IMG/VR virus record: IMGVR_UViG_3300045988_163643
Location: 1-64,000 of that record
Length of the DNA: 64,000 nucleotides
Direction: 5' to 3' (one strand)
DNA from: a virus
Below the pieces are notes generated by a model. It was not told the origin of the DNA. It searched no databases and saw only the letters and a program-made list of their open reading frames with translations. Numbering within the stretch: the stretch's first letter is position 1; each line of letters opens with the position of its first letter. Shown piece after piece: positions 37,394-46,860 of this stretch. A program made the position numbers and the translations under genes.

Positions 37394-37963
37394 TTATTTA
37401 TCCCCTTTCTTTTTACTATCTATTATTTTAAATATATTATTTGAATTTTTATCTGCATTCCTTCTTTGTCTTTCTAATCTTTCAAATATATCGCTATCAT
37501 CTTCATATTTTAAATTTATAATTATATCATCATTAGTATTTATTTCAGTTGTGCCAAAATTTGCCGTATCATCTTTAATTTTGTTTCTAATACAAGCAAA
37601 TATATAACTTATTTTTCCATATTCATCTTGTATATTTTTCATTTCTAAATATCTTTTAATTTCTTCTTTATTGTTTTCTATACAGTTGTATATTTGTTCT
37701 CTTGTATATTCTTTTTCCAATTCCTTTAATTCATTAACCTTCACTTTAGATACAGATGTATAACCTAATATATCATCTATACTAATAAGAAGTTTTTTCC
37801 ATAGACTTTTTAAATATTTATCTCTTTCAAATTCTTCTTTAGAACAATAATATGAATTTGTTTTTTTATTTGTTTCTTCATTAATTTTTGTTATAACATA
37901 TGCTTCATTTTTTTCTATTTTATTTTTACAAATCTTACAAGTTACCTTAGCCATTTTAATCAC
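37394..37963 (-). CDS. hypothetical protein with N-terminal Zn ribbon (helicase-loader position)
   Basis: CKICKN...YYCS; lies immediately upstream of dnaB. Confidence 0.5.
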   Translation of the reverse strand: MIKMAKVTCKICKNKIEKNEAYVITKINEETNKKTNSYYCSKEEFERDKYLKSLWKKLLISIDDILGYTSVSKVKVNELKELEKEYTREQIYNCIENNKEEIKRYLEMKNIQDEYGKISYIFACIRNKIKDDTANFGTTEINTNDDIIINLKYEDDSDIFERLERQRRNADKNSNNIFKIIDSKKKGDK

Positions 37964-38000
37964 CCCCTCTTTATAAGTCTAAAATTCATTTCTTATTTAT

Positions 38001-38029
38001 ATTATACTATGTTTTTTATAAAAAGTAAA
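38001..38029 (-). promoter_or_regulatory. consensus promoter cassette
   Basis: -35 TTTACT, 17 nt, -10 TATAAT. Confidence 0.6.
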
Positions 38030-38030
38030 T

Positions 38031-38060
38031 AAAAACGACTGAAAAAATCAGTCGCTTTTA
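38031..38060 (-). terminator. intrinsic terminator hairpin
   Basis: CGACTGA/TCAGTCG stem with A/T runs. Confidence 0.6.
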
Positions 38061-38169
38061 TATTAATTATAAATTTTCTTTTTTTACAGTCACAACTTCT
38101 CCATCTTCAGTTTCCACTATATAATAAATTAATTTTTCTTTATTATAATACTCAGCTAATATTTTATAA

Positions 38170-38709
38170 TTATTCATTATTATCCCCCTCTTTATCATCA
38201 TCGTTATAGCTAAACACATCATTGAATCTATCCAAATCTAACAAATTATTTCTTTTTAAGACTTTCAAAACTGAAATCATTCTGCAACTATCATCATTAC
38301 AATTTACATATAAATTATTTATCATACAATCATTACAAGGGTCAAAATCAATTGAATATGTAACTTCATTGAAAAAATTTGCAAGTGCTTTTCGTGAATG
38401 TTCTGTTTCACGTGTACAACGATATTCTTCAACTAATTGCTCTTTAGTTTTTCCACAATCAGCTAATAAATAATTTAACAAATCATCCGTACTATATTCT
38501 ACTAACTCAAGCATTGCAAAAGAATAAGTAAATGGATAATATTTAGAATCAAGTATTCTACAACTTCTATGTTTTTCATCTACTTCTGTAGCAGTAAATA
38601 CCTTATCTTCAAATTGTGTCATACTATCTAAATAAACAATTCCATCATAACTTTCACCTACAACTAAACCATCTTTTAATCTAACTTTATCACCATTTTT
38701 TATTTTCAC
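38170..38709 (-). CDS. SH3-like-domain protein with Cys-rich C-terminal domain
   Basis: N-terminal KNGDKVRLKDGLVVGESYDG...MLELV matches the repeat family. Confidence 0.55.
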   Translation of the reverse strand: MKIKNGDKVRLKDGLVVGESYDGIVYLDSMTQFEDKVFTATEVDEKHRSCRILDSKYYPFTYSFAMLELVEYSTDDLLNYLLADCGKTKEQLVEEYRCTRETEHSRKALANFFNEVTYSIDFDPCNDCMINNLYVNCNDDSCRMISVLKVLKRNNLLDLDRFNDVFSYNDDDKEGDNNE

Positions 38710-38734
38710 AATATCATCTCCTAATAATTATTTT

Positions 38735-39115
38735 CTATTCATTATAATTACTTACATCTATTATCTCACCACATTTTGGACATCTTAGTTCAACAATAGT
38801 TATCACATTAGTTGGTGTAACTGTGTATACAAAACTTCTATGTCCTGTTTCACATTTTTTATAATGTTCATGTTGAAATTCTTTTGCTCTTTCCCTTTGT
38901 TCATCACTTAATACAACTAGACTATTTCTTTTGTAAAAATCTAACTCTTCTTTTAGTCTTTTTATTTCTTCATTCTCAAATTTTTCATCTTTAATTTTCA
39001 AATATGCTTTTCTACAATCTTCTTTATCTTCTTGGAGTATGTCTATTTGAGTTTCTAATTCTTTTAATGTTTCCTTTATATCTTTACCTCTAAGAACTGT
39101 AGTTTTCCAATCCAT
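38735..39115 (-). CDS. coiled-coil protein with C-terminal Zn ribbon
   Basis: Start at the Met after GGAGGGTG; CETGH...CPKCG. Confidence 0.55.
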   Translation of the reverse strand: MDWKTTVLRGKDIKETLKELETQIDILQEDKEDCRKAYLKIKDEKFENEEIKRLKEELDFYKRNSLVVLSDEQRERAKEFQHEHYKKCETGHRSFVYTVTPTNVITIVELRCPKCGEIIDVSNYNE

Positions 39116-39141
39116 ATTATTCACCCTCCTACACAATCATA

Positions 39142-39465
39142 TTACATCAATTTAATACCATGAATATCTTGTAAGTCTTTTAACTCATAATACAAATCAA
39201 ATACTTCATCCTTGCTTAATTCATTAGGTACATCAATTTGATATGTTTTATCAAAGTCATCAACCCAAATAGCAAATTCAGTTGGTGGAGTATACATTAA
39301 GGGTTTACCTTCTAGTAATATTAAGAAGAATCCAGTTTTCTCTTGTAATAATAAACTTATATGTTCTAACTCACTAATGGCTTCAGGCTCTAAGATAACT
39401 GTCTCAGAGTCACCATTTATAATACTTTCTAAGTAAGTTCTCAAGTTAAAATCTTTAAATCTCAT
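39142..39465 (-). CDS. hypothetical protein
   Basis: 107-aa ORF with AAGGAG RBS. Confidence 0.55.
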   Translation of the reverse strand: MRFKDFNLRTYLESIINGDSETVILEPEAISELEHISLLLQEKTGFFLILLEGKPLMYTPPTEFAIWVDDFDKTYQIDVPNELSKDEVFDLYYELKDLQDIHGIKLM

Positions 39466-39643
39466 ATTATTTATCTCCTTCTAAATAATTATCTACAAAC
39501 TCACATAAATTTATTTTATGTCTATTTCATCGTATCCTCTTTCACCTAATGGCTACTCAAGTTGGTATGACACTCCAAGGGCGTGAATTCGGGATTGAAC
39601 TTTCCTACATATTAATTTGTTTTTATTATTTTTTATAGGATTT

Positions 39644-40216
39644 TTATAAATTTTCATAATAATTTAAAATTTCACCTAAGCAGTAATCCAATTCTTCCCA
39701 ATTGTCAACTCTAGTATGAATACTAGATTTTATACTTTTATTATGTGGTGCTGAAAATAATATTGTATATGCAAGAGGATGATATTTTTTATAATTATCT
39801 AAATTTCCTATATAATCATCCACTAAAACATCAGCTGATACAATATGTTTACAATCAGTATTTACAAATTTATCAAAGTATTTATCTATATTATATTTTC
39901 TTAATAATTCAACTTTTTTATCAAAAGTATTATTTTCTTCAGTAGCTGAAACTAATATGAAGTGCACACCTTTATTATGATATTTTTCTAAAACATCTTT
40001 TATAATTTCACTTTTTATTTTCATCTCAAGTATAATGTTAGGGTCTTCTAATAATTGAAATAATCCATGTGTAAACTTTGTATTATCTATTTTCCAATCT
40101 GTTACATCATTTTCAACAGTAAAATTTGTTCCGTATTTTTCATTGTATTTATCTACTAAAGTTGGTATAAAATTTATAAGAACATCATCATTATCTAAAG
40201 CTACAATCAAATCCAT
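39644..40216 (-). CDS. 5'(3')-deoxyribonucleotidase (HAD superfamily, NT5C-like)
   Basis: N-terminal VALDNDDVL (DxD motif), LVSAT, VLVDD. Confidence 0.65.
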   Translation of the reverse strand: MDLIVALDNDDVLINFIPTLVDKYNEKYGTNFTVENDVTDWKIDNTKFTHGLFQLLEDPNIILEMKIKSEIIKDVLEKYHNKGVHFILVSATEENNTFDKKVELLRKYNIDKYFDKFVNTDCKHIVSADVLVDDYIGNLDNYKKYHPLAYTILFSAPHNKSIKSSIHTRVDNWEELDYCLGEILNYYENL

Positions 40217-40226
40217 ATCATCACCC

Positions 40227-40646
40227 CTAACTAAATTTTTCTATTTCATAATCTAGTAACATAAATTTCTCATTTGTTAATTGTGGTAAACTTTTAATCC
40301 AATTATGTAGTTCATTCCATGTTATCAATAGTAATTGTTCTTTTGTAAATAATTCAACTTCTTCTTTACTATAATATCTTCTTATTGTCATTAAATCATT
40401 ATCATCAATAGTCCAATTATCTGGAATAGTTTTTGCATATAGTTTTAATCTAAATCCTCCTATGGTGTTAAACTTTATATATGTCCCCATGTGATATATG
40501 CCATTATCTGTTTCAAAAAATTCTTTAATATGTCCTTCACAACAGAAGTCTGTAAAATATCCCATTTCATTTAATGTAATTATATCATCTGCTATATTAT
40601 CATCTAGTTCAAATACTTTAGTTTCTTTAATCAACATACACATCAC
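40227..40646 (-). CDS. hypothetical protein
   Basis: 139-aa ORF; the exact start is ambiguous among three close Met codons. Confidence 0.5.
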   Translation of the reverse strand: MMCMLIKETKVFELDDNIADDIITLNEMGYFTDFCCEGHIKEFFETDNGIYHMGTYIKFNTIGGFRLKLYAKTIPDNWTIDDNDLMTIRRYYSKEEVELFTKEQLLLITWNELHNWIKSLPQLTNEKFMLLDYEIEKFS

Positions 40647-40658
40647 TTCCCCTTATTT

Positions 40659-40964
40659 TTAATCTAAATATTTTGAATCTAAATTTTTTATTCTTCTCAT
40701 TGGTAAGTTTTTATATTTCTTTAATATTTCTTTATTAGACATTAATCTTAAGTGCCCTTCACCTGATTCTTTATCTTTCTCAGATATTAATTTTACTCCT
40801 TTAACTTTATTGCATTTTACACAATATTCACATAAAAAGTAACCATTTACTTCATCAACATATACTAAACATTCTTTGTATTCATGTTTATGACCTGATT
40901 TCTTAACTGTTTTATTTTTCTTCTTTTTATACTTTGGTATTTCATTTTCATTATAGTTTTTCAT
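40659..40964 (-). CDS. hypothetical basic Cys/His protein
   Basis: 101-aa ORF; HKHEYKEC...CEYCVKC. Confidence 0.55.
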   Translation of the reverse strand: MKNYNENEIPKYKKKKNKTVKKSGHKHEYKECLVYVDEVNGYFLCEYCVKCNKVKGVKLISEKDKESGEGHLRLMSNKEILKKYKNLPMRRIKNLDSKYLD

Positions 40965-40994
40965 TTACATCTCTCCTTTATCTTATTTACTTAT

Positions 40995-41023
40995 ATTATA
41001 CTATTGATATTATTAAAAGTCAA
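40995..41023 (-). promoter_or_regulatory. consensus promoter cassette
   Basis: -35 TTGACT, 17 nt, -10 TATAAT. Confidence 0.65.
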
Positions 41024-41034
41024 TGATTATTTTT

Positions 41035-41062
41035 AAAAAAACTGAGAAAATTTTCTCAGTTA
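41035..41062 (-). terminator. intrinsic terminator hairpin
   Basis: ACTGAGAAAA/TTTTCTCAGT. Confidence 0.6.
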
Positions 41063-41335
41063 TATTGCTAACCAAAGCAATGCAAACATTATTACTATGA
41101 TTGCTACTATTATAAAAGTAATTGCTTTTACAATAAGATAAATTTGTTGATACAACATATCATCATCTAAATCTATATCTTTTTCTTTACAATAATCTAC
41201 AATTTCATTTGAAATTTTTTTATATAACTCACTTTCTTCACCATCTATAAATAACTTTATACAAGGTAATAAGAAAAAAAATATTAAATAGGCTACAACT
41301 CCAATAAAGCAAAGTATTAATAAAAATTTTAACAT
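41060..41335 (-). CDS. two-TM membrane protein
   Basis: Hydrophobic N- and C-terminal helices. Confidence 0.55.
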   Translation of the reverse strand: MLKFLLILCFIGVVAYLIFFFLLPCIKLFIDGEESELYKKISNEIVDYCKEKDIDLDDDMLYQQIYLIVKAITFIIVAIIVIMFALLWLAI

Positions 41336-41348
41336 ATATTCATCTCTC

Positions 41349-42404
41349 CTATTTATTATAATTTTTATATTCTTTAATTAGTTTCTTTGTATAATTGAAT
41401 AAACTATTCGAATCTTTTCTTTGTATTTCAACATCATACCACTCCATAGGTGTTCTTGAATAAAAATCTCCAAACCCTCCTGGTGCAACATGACCATTAT
41501 GTACTCCCATACCTATTTCAGTACCATAATATATACATATATCATTATTTTTAAAAGAGAACATTATTTCCAAAGCCTGTTTTATTTTATTAATATCATG
41601 ATTAAAACTTACAGATATTCTCGTTTGGTCGTGATTATCGAGAAAAATAACAGACCTTTCTTCATTATTGTCAATAACTAAATGTTGTTTATTTATAACA
41701 GTATTTTTAACCCACCCCGATTCCTGGAAGTTAAATGTCTTCATACCTGTTTCTCTTGCATACATATCACTTACTTCAAAACTATCCCATGCTTCCCCTA
41801 CAAGATAAGCATTAGGTTTTATTGAATAAACCATATCACAGAACCATTTCCAAAATTCAATTTTATCGCCACTTGCAAAAATAATAGCATCAAGTCTAAA
41901 TCCATCTACTTTATGTTCTAATAACCAAAATCTAATTACACTCTCAATCATTTCTCTAACTTTTTCAGATTGATTATTAAGCTGGGGCATCTGTTCTGAC
42001 CACGGAGCTAAATACCATTTTTTATTACTGTAACAGTATTTCCATTGGTTATCTATTTGATAATCATTCCAAAAGTAGCAGTCATTTTTTCCTTCTATAC
42101 TCTCTTGAAATAATTTATGATGATATCCAGTATGACATAAAACTAAATCTAATAATACTTCTAAACCATTTTCATGTGCCTTTTTAATAAAATTATCAAA
42201 ATCTTCTAAAGTCCCATATTGTTCTCTAATTTTAAAATATGAATCTACAGAATACCCATGTTCATTATCAGATGGATGAATAGGAGTTAACCATAAAGTT
42301 GTAATTCCCAATTCTACAAAATAAGGTATTTTTTCAGTTAAATCTTTAAAATCTCTACAGAATGATGGGAAAAATATTTCGTATATTATTCTTTTTTTAT
42401 TCAT
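41349..42404 (-). CDS. GH13 alpha-amylase-family glycoside hydrolase (compact, 351 aa)
   Basis: Regions I-IV: DLVLCHTG, GFRLDAI, GEAWD, FLDNHDQTR. Confidence 0.75.
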   Translation of the reverse strand: MNKKRIIYEIFFPSFCRDFKDLTEKIPYFVELGITTLWLTPIHPSDNEHGYSVDSYFKIREQYGTLEDFDNFIKKAHENGLEVLLDLVLCHTGYHHKLFQESIEGKNDCYFWNDYQIDNQWKYCYSNKKWYLAPWSEQMPQLNNQSEKVREMIESVIRFWLLEHKVDGFRLDAIIFASGDKIEFWKWFCDMVYSIKPNAYLVGEAWDSFEVSDMYARETGMKTFNFQESGWVKNTVINKQHLVIDNNEERSVIFLDNHDQTRISVSFNHDINKIKQALEIMFSFKNNDICIYYGTEIGMGVHNGHVAPGGFGDFYSRTPMEWYDVEIQRKDSNSLFNYTKKLIKEYKNYNK

Positions 42405-42436
42405 ACAATCATCTCCATTTATCTTTATTTACTTAT

Positions 42437-42465
42437 ATTATACTATTGCTCTTATTAAAAGTCAA
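42437..42465 (-). promoter_or_regulatory. consensus promoter cassette
   Basis: -35 TTGACT, 17 nt, -10 TATAAT. Confidence 0.65.
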
Positions 42466-42475
42466 TGATTATTTT

Positions 42476-42512
42476 AAAAAAATAGAAAGAATAATTTTCT
42501 TTCTATTTTTAC
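42476..42512 (-). terminator. intrinsic terminator hairpin
   Basis: ATAGAAAGA/TCTTTCTAT with A/T runs. Confidence 0.65.
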
Positions 42513-42518
42513 TAAATA

Positions 42519-42776
42519 TTATTTAGTCACCTTCTTATACTCTTCTTTTGTTATTCTAACAAAATTACCACATCTAATACATTTTGCAAAATAATGAGTT
42601 GGCACAAATAACATTAATATAGCTAATATAAAACATATTAAAGCACCTATCCACCCTATTATTGGAATACACATCATAAACACACCTGCTAATATGAATA
42701 TCGGAGTATAACTTCCTTTACCCATTTTACAATACTCCATATCACCATTACATTTTTTACATTTACGTCTTGTCAT
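42519..42776 (-). CDS. membrane protein flanked by Zn-ribbon halves
   Basis: CKKCNG...two TM helices...CIRCGN. Confidence 0.55.
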   Translation of the reverse strand: MTRRKCKKCNGDMEYCKMGKGSYTPIFILAGVFMMCIPIIGWIGALICFILAILMLFVPTHYFAKCIRCGNFVRITKEEYKKVTK

Positions 42777-42812
42777 TTATATCACTCCCTTTTTATTATC
42801 TTATTTACTTAT

Positions 42813-42841
42813 ATTATACTATTTTTATTATTAAAAGTCAA
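42813..42841 (-). promoter_or_regulatory. consensus promoter cassette
   Basis: -35 TTGACT, 17 nt, -10 TATAAT. Confidence 0.65.
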
Positions 42842-42850
42842 TAATTACTT

Positions 42851-42886
42851 AAAAAAAATAGGAAGAAAATTATCTTCCTATTTTTA
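42851..42886 (-). terminator. intrinsic terminator hairpin
   Basis: ATAGGAAGA/TCTTCCTAT with A/T runs. Confidence 0.65.
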
Positions 42887-42895
42887 TTTATTATC

Positions 42896-43294
42896 TTATT
42901 TATTATTTGTAATTTTAACTGGTTTAATCATTTCAGGCAAGAAGTTGACTTCATATTGATATTGACTTACGTTAGCACCACTTACATCTTCTACTGTATA
43001 AATTGTATATTCATTTAAATAAATATAATGTTTCTTATATTCATTTTTACCAGTTTGACAAGTTACTTCCAATTCATTTTCTGAATTATTATCTATTGAA
43101 AATACTCCAACCAATTCAAACACTGGTTTATCTGTTCTAGCATTAATTACAACAAGCCTTCTTAAAACATTAAAATTATCTGCTTCTTTACTTATGTTAT
43201 AACTAACTCTCTTTGATTCTCTACATCCATTTAATCCTACCATAGTCATACATAACATACCACATAATAATAAACATTTAATTTTTTTATTCAT
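42896..43294 (-). CDS. lipoprotein
   Basis: Signal peptide ending in the lipobox LNGC. Confidence 0.65.
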   Translation of the reverse strand: MNKKIKCLLLCGMLCMTMVGLNGCRESKRVSYNISKEADNFNVLRRLVVINARTDKPVFELVGVFSIDNNSENELEVTCQTGKNEYKKHYIYLNEYTIYTVEDVSGANVSQYQYEVNFLPEMIKPVKITNNK

Positions 43295-43311
43295 TACATA
43301 CTCTCCTTCTA

Positions 43312-43404
43312 TTATTTAAATATTTCAGCTACACTAACTGCAAACATAAATAGACATCCAACACATAAAACACTTACTACTACTGCACCTAACATTTGTA
43401 ACAT
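43312..43404 (-). CDS. 30-aa hydrophobic peptide
   Basis: GGAGATGATAAT-ATG; MLQMLGAVVVSVLCVGCLFMFAVSVAEIFK; paralog at 50408-50497. Confidence 0.45.
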   Translation of the reverse strand: MLQMLGAVVVSVLCVGCLFMFAVSVAEIFK

Positions 43405-43456
43405 ATTATCATCTCCTTTTTAATCTTCATTTTATCTTATTTACTTATATTAAAAA

Positions 43457-43609
43457 TCAATAATTATTTTTTTTATTATTTTCTTTTATTTTTTCTACAT
43501 CTTTCTTAATTTCTACACAACGACTAATCGAATTACAAAACATCGAAATAAATCCAACACAAATCCAAAGTACAATTGATAATCCTATGCACCATCCGAA
43601 AAATTCCAT
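43457..43609 (-). CDS. 50-aa single-TM protein
   Basis: AAGGAGATGATAAT-ATG; MEFFGWCIGLSIVLWICVGFISMF... Confidence 0.45.
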   Translation of the reverse strand: MEFFGWCIGLSIVLWICVGFISMFCNSISRCVEIKKDVEKIKENNKKNNY

Positions 43610-43624
43610 ATTATCATCTCCTTA

Positions 43625-43792
43625 TTAATCTTCATTATCATAAATGAATACTTGAATAAAACAATTGCAATTTTTACATTCAAAAGAATATACCATTCCG
43701 TCATATCCTCTTATACCTTCATCATATAATGTTTTCTCATCTACTAATACCAACTCTCCATCACAATTTATACATCTTTTGTTATTATCCAT
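43625..43792 (-). CDS. 55-aa Zn-ribbon protein
   Basis: AGGAGG RBS; CINCDG...CKNCNC. Confidence 0.5.
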   Translation of the reverse strand: MDNNKRCINCDGELVLVDEKTLYDEGIRGYDGMVYSFECKNCNCFIQVFIYDNED

Positions 43793-43803
43793 GTTATATC
43801 CTC

Positions 43804-44244
43804 CTATTTTGAAACTTTATAACCTTTATCTACAACTCTTTCCAATTTTCTACCACATATCGGACAATAGTTTATTTCTACATCTGTCAATCCATCTAAG
43901 TTACTATCAATCTTAAGTCTATTACCGTTTACTATATCTATTGTTCCATTCTTTGTCAACATAAATTTTTTAGTTTCACAAAGAAAACAAGATTCTATTG
44001 GATTTTCCGTTTTATCAATATCTCCATTAGCAATCTTTCCTTCAAACATTTCTCCTGCCCAAGAAAAATCTACATCTTTTAATTTAAAAAAAATATCAGT
44101 TTTATCAATTTTATCAATTTTATCAATAACTTGTATAGTACCCGAATATTTATTCATAAATTTATTAAAACAACAACCACTATAAAAACTATCTATTTCC
44201 AAATCATCTCTTATTTTAACAACATCACCAACACGATAAATCAT
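43804..44244 (-). CDS. SH3-like-domain protein with C-terminal Zn ribbon
   Basis: N-terminal VGDVVKIRDDLEIDSFYSGC matches the repeat family; CFLCE...CPICG. Confidence 0.55.
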   Translation of the reverse strand: MIYRVGDVVKIRDDLEIDSFYSGCCFNKFMNKYSGTIQVIDKIDKIDKTDIFFKLKDVDFSWAGEMFEGKIANGDIDKTENPIESCFLCETKKFMLTKNGTIDIVNGNRLKIDSNLDGLTDVEINYCPICGRKLERVVDKGYKVSK

Positions 44245-44248
44245 TGTA

Positions 44249-44449
44249 TCACTCCTTTATTATAACATAATTCATATGAATTTTTTTGATTTTATTATCT
44301 TTTATATAATAAATATAATCCTTTTCAAATTTCAAACCTTCATATATCTCAGTATTACATTCAGAACAATGAGGTTGTGCATTAAAACTTATAGCAGTTT
44401 CTATACATGACCTACATTCACTCAAGCTAGGTCTTATTTTAAATCTCAT
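44249..44449 (-). CDS. small Zn-ribbon protein
   Basis: 66-aa ORF; CRSC...CSEC. Confidence 0.5.
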   Translation of the reverse strand: MRFKIRPSLSECRSCIETAISFNAQPHCSECNTEIYEGLKFEKDYIYYIKDNKIKKIHMNYVIIKE

Positions 44450-44452
44450 ATT

Positions 44453-44680
44453 TTAATCCCTCCATTTAGTCCATTGAAATTCTATTACTGCTTTAGAATT
44501 TTCATCTTTCTTAAATTCATATTCTAAAAATACTCTTTTACATTCTGAACAATAAATTTTATCAAGATACATTCCTTTATCGTCCCATCTATAATCTATA
44601 TCGTGTTCAGCTACAACTACACCACCACATTTATTACAAGGAAAACTAAATTCTTTTTGATATGTTGAATCCTCAAACAT
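44453..44680 (-). CDS. small Zn-ribbon protein
   Basis: 75-aa ORF; CNKCGG...CSECK; GGAGG RBS. Confidence 0.55.
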   Translation of the reverse strand: MFEDSTYQKEFSFPCNKCGGVVVAEHDIDYRWDDKGMYLDKIYCSECKRVFLEYEFKKDENSKAVIEFQWTKWRD

Positions 44681-44910
44681 AATATATCATCCTCCAATTA
44701 CTTCTGTTGCTTATTATTTTCATAGTATCTATAATACTTACATGAATATGCTCTATGAACATCGTAATTAATATTATGACCATCAACGTAACACAAATTT
44801 TTTACACTGTAAAAACAATCTTTACAATTTTTAGTATGTGTTAAGGTTATTAATCTTATTAACAAACATTAATATTTCAATAAAATTAATTTATCAATCA
44901 ATTTATCTAA

Positions 44911-46128
44911 CTACAATAAATCTACCTTGAATGGATGTAACCCTACACCCTCTATTCCATCAGCAAATGCTTTAGGAAATACTTTTTTAATAATCTGATA
45001 AGAACCATTTACATCAGCATTTATTTTTATACCTTTATTACTTACAAATAATCCCCTATGTCTTCTTCTATTCTTATTATAATTCTCCTTAATAGGCAAT
45101 TCATTATCTAAAAATGAAGTCCCACTTGTATAACTTTCTTCAGTAATAATAACTTGTATTCCAAATTCTTCTGCTTTATATTGTACCTTCTGAATAAAAC
45201 TATAATAAGGTATACTAATAAAATTTTGATTAACTTTTTTACTCATTTTACTATTTTGTTTCCAATTCTTATTATTACCTATGATAATAGTATTAATTTC
45301 ATTATTTCTACAATAATCAACTACAAATCTACTAGCTTTATGAATATAATCTTCAACTTTATTATTTCTCTTAAATGTTAATTCTCTCATTCTATTAGTA
45401 TAATCTAACTTATTCATTTTCTTTGCTATTGATTTATAATAAGCTATTTGCTTATTATAATATTGATTTATTGATTTTAGACCCTTACCATTTATTACTA
45501 ATGGGATTAATTCACAATTATTAGTTATAGTTACAAAGTTATCTAAACCTAAATCAATACCTATATATCTATCATTATCAATCAATTCTTTAACATCATC
45601 AATTTTATAAACTACTTCAGCAACAATATATTTGTCTTTAGGTATAAATCTCACTTGTTGTAAATTATTTACTTTAGATTTCAAATAAAAACCTTTGAAT
45701 GATTTAGGAAATTTAATTATACCTTTATTAATTTTACAATTTACATAAGTTAATATTAGAATATTTCTATCATTTTTAGATTTATACTTAGGTAATTTAG
45801 GTCTACCTAAGTATTTATTTGGGTTTTTATTATAATCTTTTATACTAGCGAAAAATGATTTCCAATTTTTATCTAATAATCTTAAACACTGTTGGCTTGT
45901 TGCAGAGGATGGCATATTTCTATAATCAAAATCTTTACCTTCTTGTTTTAATATTTTGTCTAATTCATTATATCTTAACCATTTATTGTTATTTATAAAT
46001 TCTTGTCTAATGATATAATTCGCATAATTATATAGATTTTTAGATTTATAACAAAATTCATCTAGTAGACTATAATATTTATTATTTTGTTTAATAATAT
46101 GTTTTTCAACTCTATTGATTTTTATCAC
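44911..46128 (-). mobile_element. tnpB: solo TnpB (IS200/IS605 OrfB-type RuvC-like RNA-guided nuclease family); no tnpA nearby
   Basis: GIDLGLDNFVT (RuvC-I), ITEESYTSGTS (RuvC-II), RGLF...INADVNGSYQI (RuvC-III); GTG start after AAAGGAGG. Confidence 0.8.
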
Positions 46129-46140
46129 CTCCTTTATTAT

Positions 46141-46169
46141 ATGATACTAAAATAAGTAATAAAAGTCAA
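46141..46169 (-). promoter_or_regulatory. variant promoter cassette in front of tnpB
   Basis: -35 TTGACT 46164-46169, 17 nt, -10 TATCAT; flanks resemble the phage cassette. Confidence 0.45.
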
Positions 46170-46314
46170 TAGTATTTAATAAAAATTTTAATATATTTTA
46201 CATATAATTAACATTTATTTGTATTATAATTACTTTATTTTTATTTTTAGGAGTAAACTACCAACAAACTTTAGCTTGTTAGATTCCTAGGTTTAAAGGG
46301 TCATTTCAGCTCTA

Positions 46315-46782
46315 CTAATTAATAATAGTTCCTTCTTTAGCATCAATAGTCATAAAAGGTCTACCTTGATTCATGTCATAACATCTTAGTTTTACTTCAG
46401 TTGTCACATCATATAATTTCTTTATATCACTCACTAACGACTCCATGTCTTTTGTAAATCCAGTATCAACTAAAATTCTTTGTCTTTGAGTTTTGCTTAT
46501 ATCATATAAATCCAACTCTTTATCTACAATTGATATTATCACACAATCTTTTTCATAATGTGAATTTACATCAACAATGTATTTTGTCTTTGGAAACTTA
46601 TCATTTAATATAGATTTCACTATTGAATTTGAAATATCATTAAATGTTTTTGTCTTTTGTTGTTCTACCCTTTGTTCTTCAATTTGTGTCTTTTGTTCTA
46701 AGTTAACTTTGTGTTGACATATCGCATATCCACAACCCATTGATACTATTAAACAAGTAGGTATAACAACTTTTTTATTCAT
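46315..46782 (-). CDS. membrane-anchored or secreted protein
   Basis: N-terminal hydrophobic segment VVIPTCLIVSMGCGYAIC; the ATG has no adjacent SD. Confidence 0.55.
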   Translation of the reverse strand: MNKKVVIPTCLIVSMGCGYAICQHKVNLEQKTQIEEQRVEQQKTKTFNDISNSIVKSILNDKFPKTKYIVDVNSHYEKDCVIISIVDKELDLYDISKTQRQRILVDTGFTKDMESLVSDIKKLYDVTTEVKLRCYDMNQGRPFMTIDAKEGTIIN

Positions 46783-46791
46783 AAAATTATT

Positions 46792-46860
46792 GCAAGGAAA
46801 TACATTATTTTTAGATGATGAAAGGAATTATAATTTTAAGCAATATTCCCGTTTCCTTGC
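46792..46860 (-). promoter_or_regulatory. 69-nt hairpin (perfect 9-bp closing stem GCAAGGAAA/TTTCCTTGC) inserted between an SD and the start codon
   Basis: AAAGGAGAA (46861-46869) - hairpin - AATAATTTT - ATG (46782). Confidence 0.6.

Noticed and set aside
39525-39612. tRNA gene suggested by the GTTCAATCC T-loop-like motif and a CTCAAGTTGGTA D-loop-like motif
   Set aside because: The two motifs are on opposite strands. I could not build acceptor, D, anticodon or T stems in either orientation. Kept only as an unclassified GC-rich island.
43441-43465. Apparent promoter cassette upstream of the 43312-43404 minigene
   Set aside because: The copy reads TTACTTATATTA-AAAATCAA: the -10 half is joined directly to the -35 half with the spacer deleted, so it cannot work as a -35/17/-10 promoter. 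Noted only as a recombination scar.
44690-44910. A defined omega-RNA scaffold and transposon right end for TnpB
   Set aside because: I could not recognise conserved hairpins, element termini or a target-site motif by eye, and part of the region may be coding. Left as a prediction to test rather than a feature.
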